A stretch of 49,887 nucleotides of DNA. Origin: Tardiphaga sp. Its GTDB lineage: Bacteria > Pseudomonadota > Alphaproteobacteria > Rhizobiales > Xanthobacteraceae. Positions 26,366-35,117 of the stretch are shown piece after piece. The DNA is taken from contig JBEVEC010000153.1 in the NCBI GenBank assembly GCA_040512975.1, positions 1 through 49,887 on the forward strand, written 5' to 3'. The first letter of the stretch is position 1, and every line of letters starts with the position of its first letter. The notes under the pieces are model-generated. The model was not told the origin of the DNA and made no database searches. It saw only the letters and a program-made list of their open reading frames with translations. The position numbers and the translations under genes are program-made.

Positions 26366-28222
26366 CTATCGCATGACGTTCAGAAGATCCTGGACCATGG
26401 TGTTCGCCGTGGTGATCACCTTGGTGTTCGCGGAGTAAGCCTGCTGGGTCACGATCAGCTTGGTGAATTCGTCGGCGATGTCGGTGTTGGACGATTCCAG
26501 CGACGAGCCGGAGATGCTGCCGCCCTTGCCGTAGATCGGCTCGCCGGATTCGTTGGTGACCTCGAAGGCGCCGCCGTCGATGCGCTTCAGGAAGTCGGCG
26601 CCGTTGAAGGTCGCAATGCTGACTTCGGCGAGATCGATGTTGCGGCCGTTGGAGTAGCTGCCGACGACGCGGCCCTCGTTGCTCACCGACACGCTTTCGA
26701 GCTGGCCGGCGGCGTAGCCGTCCTGCTGCAGCTGGTTGACCTGGACGTTGCCGTTGGTGTCGGCGAACTGCGTCAGGCCGCCGGTGCCGAAGGCCATGGT
26801 GACGTTGCCGAGGCTGGTACCGGACACCGTGAGGCCGGTCAGCGTGATCTGGCCGACCACCGGCTGCATCTGGCCGTTGGTGCCGAACTTGAAGTCGGTG
26901 CCGACGTTCTGCCACGCCACGGTGTTGCCGGTGGCGCCGGCATTGACCTGGTAGAACAGGTTCCAGGTGTCGGTGCCGCCCTGCGTCGCCGACTCGACCT
27001 TGGCCCAGCGGAACTGGAGCGAGACCGGCGCGCCGTTGCCGTCATAGGCGGTGGTGGCGCCGCCGCTGATCGACTCGTCAAGGAAGGTCTGGTTGTCGCT
27101 GCCGACCACGATGCCGGTGCCGGGCGTGCCGCCGCCGCCGCGCAGGCCGGTCACGGTGCCGGAGAAGCCCATCGCCTGGAATGCGGCCGTGGCCGTGGTG
27201 GTCGAACCGGCGGCAATGCTGAAGTCGTTGGCCGTGCCGGAGTTGAGCGTGATCGCGCCGCCTGCAACCTTGGACGCGGGCGATGGCGAGGTGTTGCCGG
27301 TCAGGGTGTCGATCGTGGTCAGCAGCGAGCCGACGGTGGCCGTCGAGAGGTCGACAAAGGTGGTCCCGGCGACCGCGGCCGGCTGGGTGCCGGTATAGAA
27401 CTGGATCGTCTTGGTGGTGGTGACGCCGGTATTGGTGGTCTTCAGCACCAGCGTGTCGCCCGAGGCGAAGCCCGCCGGCAGCGTGTTGTTGCCCGACGCG
27501 CTCAACAGCGCCGTGCTCGCGGTGATCGGCTGCGGCGTGGTCTCGAAATCGTTGCGCGCGTTGCCGGTAATGCCGGTGTTGGAGAACGGCGTCGCGGCGG
27601 TGCCGAGCGTGCGCGGATTGGAAACGAAGTCGGCGGGGCGCAGCAATTCCGAACCGGGCACCGAGGTGTCGTGCTTTGTCGTCAGCGGATAGCTGGCGAG
27701 GTTGGCGCGGTAATCGATCTTGGTGGTGGCCTGCGACGGCAGGAAGTCGTTCTGGAAGCGTAGCACCTCCGGCGTGCTGCCCGCCGGGTTGCCGGTCGAC
27801 GGGTCGATCTTGACGCCTTCGAGATAGTAGCCGGCGCCGTTGACGAGGTAGCCGTTCTTGTCGAGCGAGAAGTCGCCGCGCCGGGTGTATTTGTTGACGC
27901 CGTCAAACACCGGCGTGGAGTCCGACACGCTGCCGGGCTTCTGCACGGCGAAGAAGCCGTCGCCGTTGATCGCCATATAGGTGGCGACCGAGGCTGACTG
28001 CACCGAGCCCGCGATAGTGTTGGTGCTGCGCGATCCCGCAGTGACCGAGCCCGCGAGCTGCGCGTCGTTGCCGGTGTCGGGGATGAGATCCAAAAAGCTG
28101 GTGTCGATCCGCTTGAAGGCGGTGGTCTGCGAGTTGGCGATGTTGCCGGAAATGTTTTCCAGCGCGTAGGAGTTCGCCCGCAGGCCCGCAACGGACGTGG
28201 TGAGAGCGCCGAAGATACCCAT
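26366..28222 (-). CDS. flgE: Flagellar hook protein FlgE
   Basis: ISGNIANSQTTAFK, YTRRGDF and LESSNTDIADEFTKLIVTQQAYSAN. Start MGIFG at 28222 follows RBS GGAG. Confidence 0.95.
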   Translation of the reverse strand: MGIFGALTTSVAGLRANSYALENISGNIANSQTTAFKRIDTSFLDLIPDTGNDAQLAGSVTAGSRSTNTIAGSVQSASVATYMAINGDGFFAVQKPGSVSDSTPVFDGVNKYTRRGDFSLDKNGYLVNGAGYYLEGVKIDPSTGNPAGSTPEVLRFQNDFLPSQATTKIDYRANLASYPLTTKHDTSVPGSELLRPADFVSNPRTLGTAATPFSNTGITGNARNDFETTPQPITASTALLSASGNNTLPAGFASGDTLVLKTTNTGVTTTKTIQFYTGTQPAAVAGTTFVDLSTATVGSLLTTIDTLTGNTSPSPASKVAGGAITLNSGTANDFSIAAGSTTTATAAFQAMGFSGTVTGLRGGGGTPGTGIVVGSDNQTFLDESISGGATTAYDGNGAPVSLQFRWAKVESATQGGTDTWNLFYQVNAGATGNTVAWQNVGTDFKFGTNGQMQPVVGQITLTGLTVSGTSLGNVTMAFGTGGLTQFADTNGNVQVNQLQQDGYAAGQLESVSVSNEGRVVGSYSNGRNIDLAEVSIATFNGADFLKRIDGGAFEVTNESGEPIYGKGGSISGSSLESSNTDIADEFTKLIVTQQAYSANTKVITTANTMVQDLLNVMR

Positions 28223-28295
28223 TACATCGTCTCCAACTTCGATCCGGGCGGCCCGCCGGGTTGCCAAATTCATGGCCGCTGTCGGAGACGTTGTC

Positions 28296-28310
28296 GCAAG
28301 GCCCGTGCCA
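28296..28310 (-). promoter_or_regulatory. Sigma54 promoter of flgEKL
   Basis: Minus strand TGGCACGGGCCTTGC matches the consensus. An ftr-like GGAAATTATTGCCGGG lies at ~28387-28402. Confidence 0.9.
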
Positions 28311-28438
28311 AGGGCATAAATGCAGCGTTATCAATGGCCTAACAAAAATGCCCCAGTCCAAAGACCGGGGCACTCTTGCCTAGGGTGGAAATTATTGCCG
28401 GGACACCGCCTGATTTCGCCGGGTCCCGCGTAGCCGCG

Positions 28439-28942
28439 TCAGGTCGCCGACGGCGCGGCCGGTTTGAACACCATGCCGAAGCCGTCCATGCAGTAGCGCA
28501 GGCCGGTCGGCTTCGGGCCGTCGTCGAACACGTGGCCGAGATGGCCGCCGCACTGGCTGCAATGGATCTCGGTCCGGACCATGCCGAAGGTGGAGTCCTT
28601 GCGTTCGCCGACGCCGTTCGGCAGGGGCTTCCAGAAACTCGGCCAGCCGGTGCCGCTTTCGAACTTGGTGTCCGACGCAAACAGCGGGTTGTCGCAGCCG
28701 GCGCAGGCGAAGATGCCCTTGCGATGTTCCTTGTTGAGCGGGCTGGAGCCGGGCCGCTCGGTGCCTTCCTGGCGCAGAATCTCGTATTGCTGCGCGGTCA
28801 GCTGCTTGCGCCATTCGGCGTCGGTCTTGGTGATGGGAAATTTCTCATCCGCGGCCTCGGCCGGCGATACGCGCAGCCATTTGAAGGACAACAGCGCGGC
28901 AATGCCCGCGGCGGTGGTGAGCAGAAATCGACGATCGATCAT
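28439..28942 (-). CDS. msrB: Peptide-methionine (R)-S-oxide reductase MsrB with a Tat signal
   Basis: MIDRRFLL signal. GTERP, KFESGTGWPSF, GHLGHVFDDGP and RYC motifs, plus two CxxC. Confidence 0.93.
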   Translation of the reverse strand: MIDRRFLLTTAAGIAALLSFKWLRVSPAEAADEKFPITKTDAEWRKQLTAQQYEILRQEGTERPGSSPLNKEHRKGIFACAGCDNPLFASDTKFESGTGWPSFWKPLPNGVGERKDSTFGMVRTEIHCSQCGGHLGHVFDDGPKPTGLRYCMDGFGMVFKPAAPSAT

Positions 28943-29045
28943 GGTGGTCTCCTCGGGTCGAGACATTGGCTCGTTCGTAGAAAGATACGGGCGGAGCGTG
29001 GGAAAGTTACGGCGGAGGGGGAAATTATCGCAAGGCTGCCTCTGG

Positions 29046-29189
29046 GGCGCCCTCTCCCCGACCCTCTCCCGCAAGCGGGAGAGGGAGCTCCCTGCCGCTG
29101 CCGACCCTCTTTCATTCAAACGGAAACCTGGCCCCACATACGGCGGGTCCCCTCTCCCGCTTGCGGGAGAGGGCTAGGGAGAGAGCGCC
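29046..29189. repeat. Inverted pair of CCCTCTCCCGC(AA/TT)GCGGGAGAGGG palindromes (REP/BIME-like)
   Basis: Two mirror-image hairpin units separated by a ~65-bp spacer. Confidence 0.85.
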
Positions 29190-29222
29190 ACACAACGCGC
29201 CCTCGCCTCATCCCGCCCTCGC

Positions 29223-30593
29223 CTATCCCGCTCTCGGCCCCGTCCCCGCCCGCTCATTCGCCGCCGCCAGTCTGGCCTCCCGCACCCGTTCCCGCGCCTT
29301 AGCCCCCTCGCGATACCGCGCAAACACTCCCGCCACCGCCGAACCCTGCCGTTCCCACAGCCCAACCCCATGGCCGACGATCCGCCCGGTGCGGCCACCC
29401 GCCCAGACCAGCTCGAACGGCGAGAACAGCTTCCAGCGGTCGTCATGGTCCATCATGCCGCCGGCGATCAGCTGCGCCGCCATCGCGGTGGTGTTGAGCC
29501 CATGATGGCCGAAACCGCTGGCCACCCAGAGGCCCTGCCGGATCTGCCCGACCTGCGGCATGCCGTGCACTGTATGGCCCTCCGCACCGCCGAACGTCTC
29601 GGTGATGGCGACCTTGCCCAGTGCCGGAAACAGCCTGGCAATGCGCCGCGCGATGGCGTCGGCATAGCGGCTCGGCCGCGCCTCCCAGGTGGTGCGCGGG
29701 CTCGTCCACATCAGGCGGTCGCCGTCGACGATGCGAAAGTGGTCGACGCCGTCGCTGTCGAACACCGAACCGGGAAAGCGCACCGCTTCGGCCAGGCGCT
29801 CGCCGAGCGGCTCGGTGATCCCCGCATAGCGCCAGATCGGCAGCAGCGTATCCGCCAGCCGTTGTGCGGGGGCGCCGAGATGGATGTTGCCGGCCAGCAC
29901 AATATGCGAGGCGCGCAAGCGTGCCATCGGCGTAACGATGCGCTTGCGGATGCCGCCGGCGTCGATCGAGACCGCCGGGGTCTGCTCGAAAATGCGCACG
30001 CCGGCCTGCTTGGCCAGCGTCGCCAGCCCCAGCAGATAGGCGCGGCCATCGAGCTGGAACGCCTTCGGATAATACACGCCGTGAAAATAGCGCCGGGTTC
30101 TCAGCACGTCGCGCACGCGATCGATCTGCCAGCCCTCGACGTCGGTGCCGAAATCCTCGCTCAGCATCTGCAGCCGCGCGATCAGGCGCTCGCCGGCATC
30201 GACATTGGACACTTCGAGCACGCCGTCGGACAGCGCAAGGCCGGGGATGACATCCTCGGCTGCATTGGCGCGGATCGCGTCGGCGCCCGCCTGCGACAGC
30301 GCCCACAACTCGCGGGCGTCCTCGAAGCCGACGCGCGTGATGAGATCCGACAGCGGCGAGCCGAAGCCGGGCATCACCGTGCCCATCTGGTTGCCCGAGG
30401 CGTTCCAGCCGACATGACGTCCTTCGAGCACCGCCACGCTGGCGCCGCGCCGCGCCGCTTCCAGCGCGATGCCAAGCCCGGCCAGTCCGGCGCCGACCAC
30501 GCAGACATCGACATCGAGGCCGTAGGTCAGCCGCACGCGGTCCTGATCGGCGGCATCCGGCCCAAATGTCACGCTTGCGGAAGTGGCGGTCAT
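29223..30593 (-). CDS. FAD-dependent oxidoreductase (DAO/PuuB-like)
   Basis: DVCVVGAGLAG, VGWNASG and ASGFGHHG motifs. Confidence 0.88.
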   Translation of the reverse strand: MTATSASVTFGPDAADQDRVRLTYGLDVDVCVVGAGLAGLGIALEAARRGASVAVLEGRHVGWNASGNQMGTVMPGFGSPLSDLITRVGFEDARELWALSQAGADAIRANAAEDVIPGLALSDGVLEVSNVDAGERLIARLQMLSEDFGTDVEGWQIDRVRDVLRTRRYFHGVYYPKAFQLDGRAYLLGLATLAKQAGVRIFEQTPAVSIDAGGIRKRIVTPMARLRASHIVLAGNIHLGAPAQRLADTLLPIWRYAGITEPLGERLAEAVRFPGSVFDSDGVDHFRIVDGDRLMWTSPRTTWEARPSRYADAIARRIARLFPALGKVAITETFGGAEGHTVHGMPQVGQIRQGLWVASGFGHHGLNTTAMAAQLIAGGMMDHDDRWKLFSPFELVWAGGRTGRIVGHGVGLWERQGSAVAGVFARYREGAKARERVREARLAAANERAGTGPRAG

Positions 30594-30718
30594 GGCGTTT
30601 TCTTACGGACACGGGGAAGGCTTGTCACCTTGTCCTCATCTTACATGTCCATTAATCCGCTCGTCCAACGACGGCGTGACCGCGCTGCCTGCTTCTCCGT
30701 TCAGATCGAGATCGCGCC

Positions 30719-31243
30719 ATGCGCCGCTTATTGCTGCTCCGCCACGCCAAGACCGAAACCAACGCACCGAGCGGCCGGGATGTCGACCGGCGGCTTGACG
30801 ACAACGGGCGGCGGGATGCGAGCCTGATGGGCAGCTGGCTGCAAAGGCATCCGCCGCTGCCCGATCTCGTCTGCGTGTCGCCCGCCACGCGCGCCCGTCA
30901 GACCTGGGACCTTGTGGCCGCCGAACTGGGCACGCCACCGACCGTCGAACATGTCGACGAACTTTATGGCGCAGGGCCCGCCGAGCTGCTGGCGGTGATC
31001 CACGGCGCGGCGGTGCAGGACCCCCGCCAGTTGATGGTCGTCGGGCACAATCCCGGCCTGCATGAACTGGCGCTCGGCCTTGTCGGAAGTGGCGACGACG
31101 ACGCACGCAAGGCGATCGCCGGCAACCTGCCCACCGCCGGCATCGTGGTCATCGACTTCGCCATCGACGACTGGGGCGACGCCGGTCTGCGGCGCGGTGA
31201 ACTGAAGCAGTTCGTCAGTCCGAAACTCCTGAAGTCCGAATAG
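30719..31243 (+). CDS. sixA: SixA-like phosphohistidine phosphatase
   Basis: LLLLRHAK, SPATRARQT and VVGHNPG motifs. Confidence 0.85.
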   Translation: MRRLLLLRHAKTETNAPSGRDVDRRLDDNGRRDASLMGSWLQRHPPLPDLVCVSPATRARQTWDLVAAELGTPPTVEHVDELYGAGPAELLAVIHGAAVQDPRQLMVVGHNPGLHELALGLVGSGDDDARKAIAGNLPTAGIVVIDFAIDDWGDAGLRRGELKQFVSPKLLKSE

Positions 31244-31297
31244 CCCGCGCCGACCGGCCGCGACCGTGCTACGCTCCATCGGACAATGGAGGTGCAC

Positions 31298-31723
31298 ATG
31301 TACAAATCCATTTTGGTCCCGATCGATATCGCCGAACCCGCGGTGGCACGGCCCGCCATCGCCCAGGCCGCGTTGTTTTCGCAGACTTTCGGCGCCCTTG
31401 TCCGGCTGCTCAACGTGACACCGATGACGCCGGTGATGCTGGCCGAATATGTCCCGGTGGATTTCGACACCCAGCAGCGCGAGAGCTCGGAGCAGACCCT
31501 CGCCGAATTCGCCCGCAACAGCGGCATCGACGCCGCGCATGTCTCAAGCCGCGTGCGCCAGGGCGGCATCTATCACGAAATTCTCGAGGAAGCCGCGGCG
31601 GTCAAGGCCGACCTGATCGTGATGACCTCGCACCGCCCGGCGATGCGGACTTATTTTCTCGGCAGCAACGCCGGCCACGTGGTGCGCTACGCAAAGTGTT
31701 CGGTGCTGGTCGTGCGGCCGTAG
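31298..31723 (+). CDS. Universal stress protein (UspA family)
   Basis: MYKSILVPID, ADLIVMTSH and LGSNAGHVVRYAKCSVLVVR. RBS GGAGG. Confidence 0.93.
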   Translation: MYKSILVPIDIAEPAVARPAIAQAALFSQTFGALVRLLNVTPMTPVMLAEYVPVDFDTQQRESSEQTLAEFARNSGIDAAHVSSRVRQGGIYHEILEEAAAVKADLIVMTSHRPAMRTYFLGSNAGHVVRYAKCSVLVVRP

Positions 31724-31740
31724 TGCGCAACGCAGTCGCT

Positions 31741-31894
31741 CTTCCTTCCCCTCCCCCCTCGTGGAGGAGGGTGAATTGGACGCACGAAGTGCGTCCAAGA
31801 AGGGAGAGGGGAGCCACGGACGCAGAGCGTGCAGCCCCCCCTCATCCGCCTACGCTTCGCTCCGGCACCTTCTCCCACAAGGGGAGAAGGGAAG
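31741..31894. repeat. Degenerate CCTCTCCC-family palindromic element
   Basis: CCCCTCCCCCCTCGTGGAGGAGGG ... CCCCCTCATCCG ... CCTTCTCCCACAAGGGGAGAAGGGAAG, the same architecture as 15578-15719. Confidence 0.75.
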
Positions 31895-31899
31895 CGCAA

Positions 31900-32511
31900 C
31901 TATCTCAGCAATTCTCCAGGCACGGTCACGAATGTATAGCTCCGCGGCCTGTTCCTCCGCAGAAATCCCCTGATCTGCCACGCGAACAACACGCTGAACG
32001 CCACCACGAACGCCGCCCCTGCCCACTCACCGGTCCACACTGCCCGCACCAGCAGCGCCGTCATCGCCAGCGCCAGCAGCGCCAGAACCGTGACGATCGT
32101 GTTGTAGATGCCCGGCCGCAGCCCCGCCCGCAGCGCCGCCGGGCTTTGGACGGCCGCCATCTTGTCATGCAAATTGACAATGAACCCCGCATACCCCGCC
32201 TGCGGCTCCATCAGCGCCACCGTCTGCTTCGATGTCGAGAAAATCGTGATGTGCCGCCCGTCCACATGATCGACATCGGCGCGAAAACGGTTTTGCTGCA
32301 TGCCCATCGGCCGGTAAGACAGCCGGATCGTGGCGATATCCGCATAGGCCCAGACGCCGGAGCGGCGCCCGGTGCGCCATGCGAGACCGTGATCGGTGAG
32401 TTCGTAGCGATGCGCGGCCCCGATCAGCGACGCCTTGTAGGCATAGGCAAGCCCCGGCGCAGCAACGGCGATGTCGGCCCGGTCGCGAAACCTGAACAAT
32501 GTTCTGAACAC
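31900..32511 (-). CDS. Hypothetical membrane protein (soluble N-terminal domain plus two C-terminal TM helices)
   Basis: The ORF fills the gap between convergent genes and has two hydrophobic segments. The start is uncertain. Confidence 0.7.
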   Translation of the reverse strand: MFRTLFRFRDRADIAVAAPGLAYAYKASLIGAAHRYELTDHGLAWRTGRRSGVWAYADIATIRLSYRPMGMQQNRFRADVDHVDGRHITIFSTSKQTVALMEPQAGYAGFIVNLHDKMAAVQSPAALRAGLRPGIYNTIVTVLALLALAMTALLVRAVWTGEWAGAAFVVAFSVLFAWQIRGFLRRNRPRSYTFVTVPGELLR

Positions 32512-32579
32512 GCCGGTCCCTGTGCGATGCGGCCGGCGCTTGCTTGCGCGGCCGCGCCAATCTCCCTTACAAGCTTGCC

Positions 32580-33014
32580 ATGGCCGAGACGACCACGTTT
32601 CCGCGCCGCCTGATCCTGGCCGGCGCGATGATCTCCGGGGTGTTGTTGGCGCTTGCCGTGCACATGCTCGGCCAGAGTTTCGGGCTCGATCTCGGCGGGC
32701 TGTGCCGCAACGATCCCGGCAACTTCATGCCGATCGGCTCCGCCATTGCCTGGTGGCTGATCGCCGCCATGGCCTTTGTCGGCGGCTATGTGACGGCCAA
32801 CCTGATGCACAGCGCGGTGTCGGGCCGCATTCCGCAGCGCATGCGGCAATTCCTGATCGTCATCGGCGTCCTGGTGCTGGCCGGCGCCGGCCGGGCCGCA
32901 TCGGCCCCGGGCACCGTGGCGTCCGCGTCCGGCGTGCTCGCCGGCCTTGCGGCACTTGGTCTCGGCGGCATCATGGCCTTCTGCGGCGCGCATTTCGCGC
33001 TGCGTAAGGCATAA
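32580..33014 (+). CDS. Hypothetical four-TM membrane protein
   Basis: MAETTTFPRR followed by four hydrophobic stretches. A terminator hairpin follows at 33014-33050. Confidence 0.75.
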   Translation: MAETTTFPRRLILAGAMISGVLLALAVHMLGQSFGLDLGGLCRNDPGNFMPIGSAIAWWLIAAMAFVGGYVTANLMHSAVSGRIPQRMRQFLIVIGVLVLAGAGRAASAPGTVASASGVLAGLAALGLGGIMAFCGAHFALRKA

Positions 33015-33070
33015 GAAAAGCCGCGCGGATCTGCACCTGCGCGGCTCTTCGTCAGATACTTGCGCGCGCG

Positions 33071-33577
33071 TCAGCTTGCGGCGCGAATGTTGATCTTGCT
33101 TTCGGCCAGCGAGGTCAGCTTCTGATCGGTGGCCTTTTCCTCGTCGAGAGTCTTCTGCAGCACGGCGGCGCAATCGTTGCGGCCGAGCTGGCGGGCCCAC
33201 GCAATCAGGCTGCCGTAACGCACGATCTCGTAATGCTCGGCGGCCTGCGCCGCGTTGATCAGCGCGGCATCGAGCACCCGCTTGTCCTCAACTTCGCCAG
33301 CGGTCTCGTCGGCTTCCTTGATGATGCCGTCGATCGCAGGGCAGGTCACAGCCTTCACTTCAGCGCCATGCATCTTGAACACCTGCTCGAGGCGCTGCAC
33401 ATGCACCTGGGTCTGGTCGAGATGCTCGAGGAAGCCCTGCTTCAAGGTCGGATCGGTGGCCTTTTCAGCCATTTTAGGCAGCGCCTTTACGAGCTGCTTC
33501 TCGGCATAATAGATGTCCTGCAGCTGGTGCACGAACAGATCGTCCATGGTCTTGATGTCTTTAGTAAACAGTCCCAT
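33071..33577 (-). CDS. YciE/YciF (DUF892) ferritin-like stress protein
   Basis: LQDIYYAEKQ, HLDQT..HVQRLE, AEHYEI.RYGSL and TLDEEKATD motifs. Confidence 0.92.
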   Translation of the reverse strand: MGLFTKDIKTMDDLFVHQLQDIYYAEKQLVKALPKMAEKATDPTLKQGFLEHLDQTQVHVQRLEQVFKMHGAEVKAVTCPAIDGIIKEADETAGEVEDKRVLDAALINAAQAAEHYEIVRYGSLIAWARQLGRNDCAAVLQKTLDEEKATDQKLTSLAESKINIRAAS

Positions 33578-33663
33578 CGTATCAATCCCGTGGTTGATGA
33601 ACGAAACGGCGCGCAGCGGCGTATTGCTGCGGCGCATTGTCTCGTTCGTTGCGATACGGGCTT

Positions 33664-33688
33664 AACCGGCGATGGAAGGACATGTTCC
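33664..33688 (-). promoter_or_regulatory. EcfG (general stress) promoter for the yciF-like gene
   Basis: Minus strand GGAAC-N16-GGTT. Confidence 0.7.
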
Positions 33689-33968
33689 TGCAAATGGCCT
33701 GTTTGGCGCATGGAACAGGCGCTTTGGCGGAGGTATAAGGGAATGTGGCGCAAACACGTCGGCGACAGGCCGGGTCGTGTCGATCGCGACAAGGGTATCG
33801 GACGACCGCGCCGTTCTGACGCTTATGCTGTCAAGGACTGCACAACGGCACGTTTTTGCCGTAAGGATCTGGGCTTGATGAATGAACTTTGCGTATGAGT
33901 GAATTGGTCGCTTTCCGCCCATCGTCCCGATCGGCTGCCACCCTGTTCGCGCTCCGCCGGGAGGACGA

Positions 33969-35042
33969 ATGCAACGAATGCTGACCGCGCTCGGGCGCGG
34001 CTTCAAGCAGCACATCGGCTGGAAGCGGCTGGGTGTGGTCGCGAGCCTAATCGTGATCGCCCTCGCCATCACCCATCTGGTGCATACGCTGAAGGCGCTC
34101 GACACCGCCAAGATTCTGGCGGCGATGGCGGCCAAGTCGACGATGCAGATCGCGATGGCTACGCTGTGCGTCATCGGCGCGTTCTGCACGCTGACCTTTT
34201 ATGACTACTTTGCGCTGAAGACGATCGACAAGAAGCACGTGCCGTATCGCATTGCGGCGATGTCCGCCTTCACCAGCTACACCATCGGCCATAACATCGG
34301 CGCCACCGTATTCACGGGCGGCGCGATCCGGTTCCGGATCTATTCGGACTACAATCTCAACGCCATCGATGTCGCAAAAATCTGCTTCATCTCGGGACTG
34401 ACCTTCTGGCTCGGCAATACCTTCGTGCTGGGCTTCGGCATGCTGTGGCATCCGCAGGCGGCGTCATCCATCGATCTGCTGCCCAATGCCGTCAACCGCC
34501 TCATCGGCCTCGGCTGCCTGGCCGGTATCGCGGCCTATCTGGTCTGGCTGTCGGTCGGCCAGAAGCGCCGCGAGCTCGGCCAGAACGGCGGGAAGGTCGT
34601 GCTGCCGTCGGCCCGGGTGACCCTGCTGCAGATCGCCATTGGCGTGATCGATCTTGGTTTCTGCGCGCTGGCCTTTTACCTGCTGATGCCGGACGCCCCC
34701 GCGATCGACTTCGTGTCACTCGCGGTGGTGTTCATCCTGGCGACCCTGCTCGGCTTTGCCAGTCATGCGCCGGGCAGCCTTGGCGTGTTCGACGCCGCCA
34801 TGCTGGTCGCCCTGCCGCAGTTCAGGCAGGAAGAACTGGTGGCCACCGTCGTCATGTTCCGGATCCTGTATTTCATGATCCCGTTCGCCATCGCCATTGT
34901 CATCATGGGCGCCCGTGAACTCTGGCTGAGCGTGATCCGGCCCTGGCACAAAGGCCGTCCCCCGACTGCCGGCGAGCCATCGACGGCCGCCGCGCCCGTG
35001 GCAGTCCACCATGAGCCGATGAAGCGGCAGTCACGCGGCTGA
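33969..35042 (+). CDS. YbhN/UPF0104 lysylphosphatidylglycerol-synthase TM (flippase-like) protein
   Basis: Multi-TM protein with GGAIRFRIYS, SHAPGSLGVFD and FRILYFMIP motifs. No synthase domain. Confidence 0.85.
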   Translation: MQRMLTALGRGFKQHIGWKRLGVVASLIVIALAITHLVHTLKALDTAKILAAMAAKSTMQIAMATLCVIGAFCTLTFYDYFALKTIDKKHVPYRIAAMSAFTSYTIGHNIGATVFTGGAIRFRIYSDYNLNAIDVAKICFISGLTFWLGNTFVLGFGMLWHPQAASSIDLLPNAVNRLIGLGCLAGIAAYLVWLSVGQKRRELGQNGGKVVLPSARVTLLQIAIGVIDLGFCALAFYLLMPDAPAIDFVSLAVVFILATLLGFASHAPGSLGVFDAAMLVALPQFRQEELVATVVMFRILYFMIPFAIAIVIMGARELWLSVIRPWHKGRPPTAGEPSTAAAPVAVHHEPMKRQSRG

Positions 35043-35117
35043 AGCGTTGCGACATCGCGGCGTGCCATACCTCTTACTTCTGCCCCATACGTGACGAAGA
35101 ACTGGGTCATGGCCGCG

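Noticed and set aside
28943-29137. N-terminal extension of MsrB in the ORF track (similar extensions on fliL, flgF, fliX, flgE, SDRs and the GPR-like gene)
   Set aside because: The extensions run through REP or promoter DNA, and downstream starts have better RBS or signal peptides.
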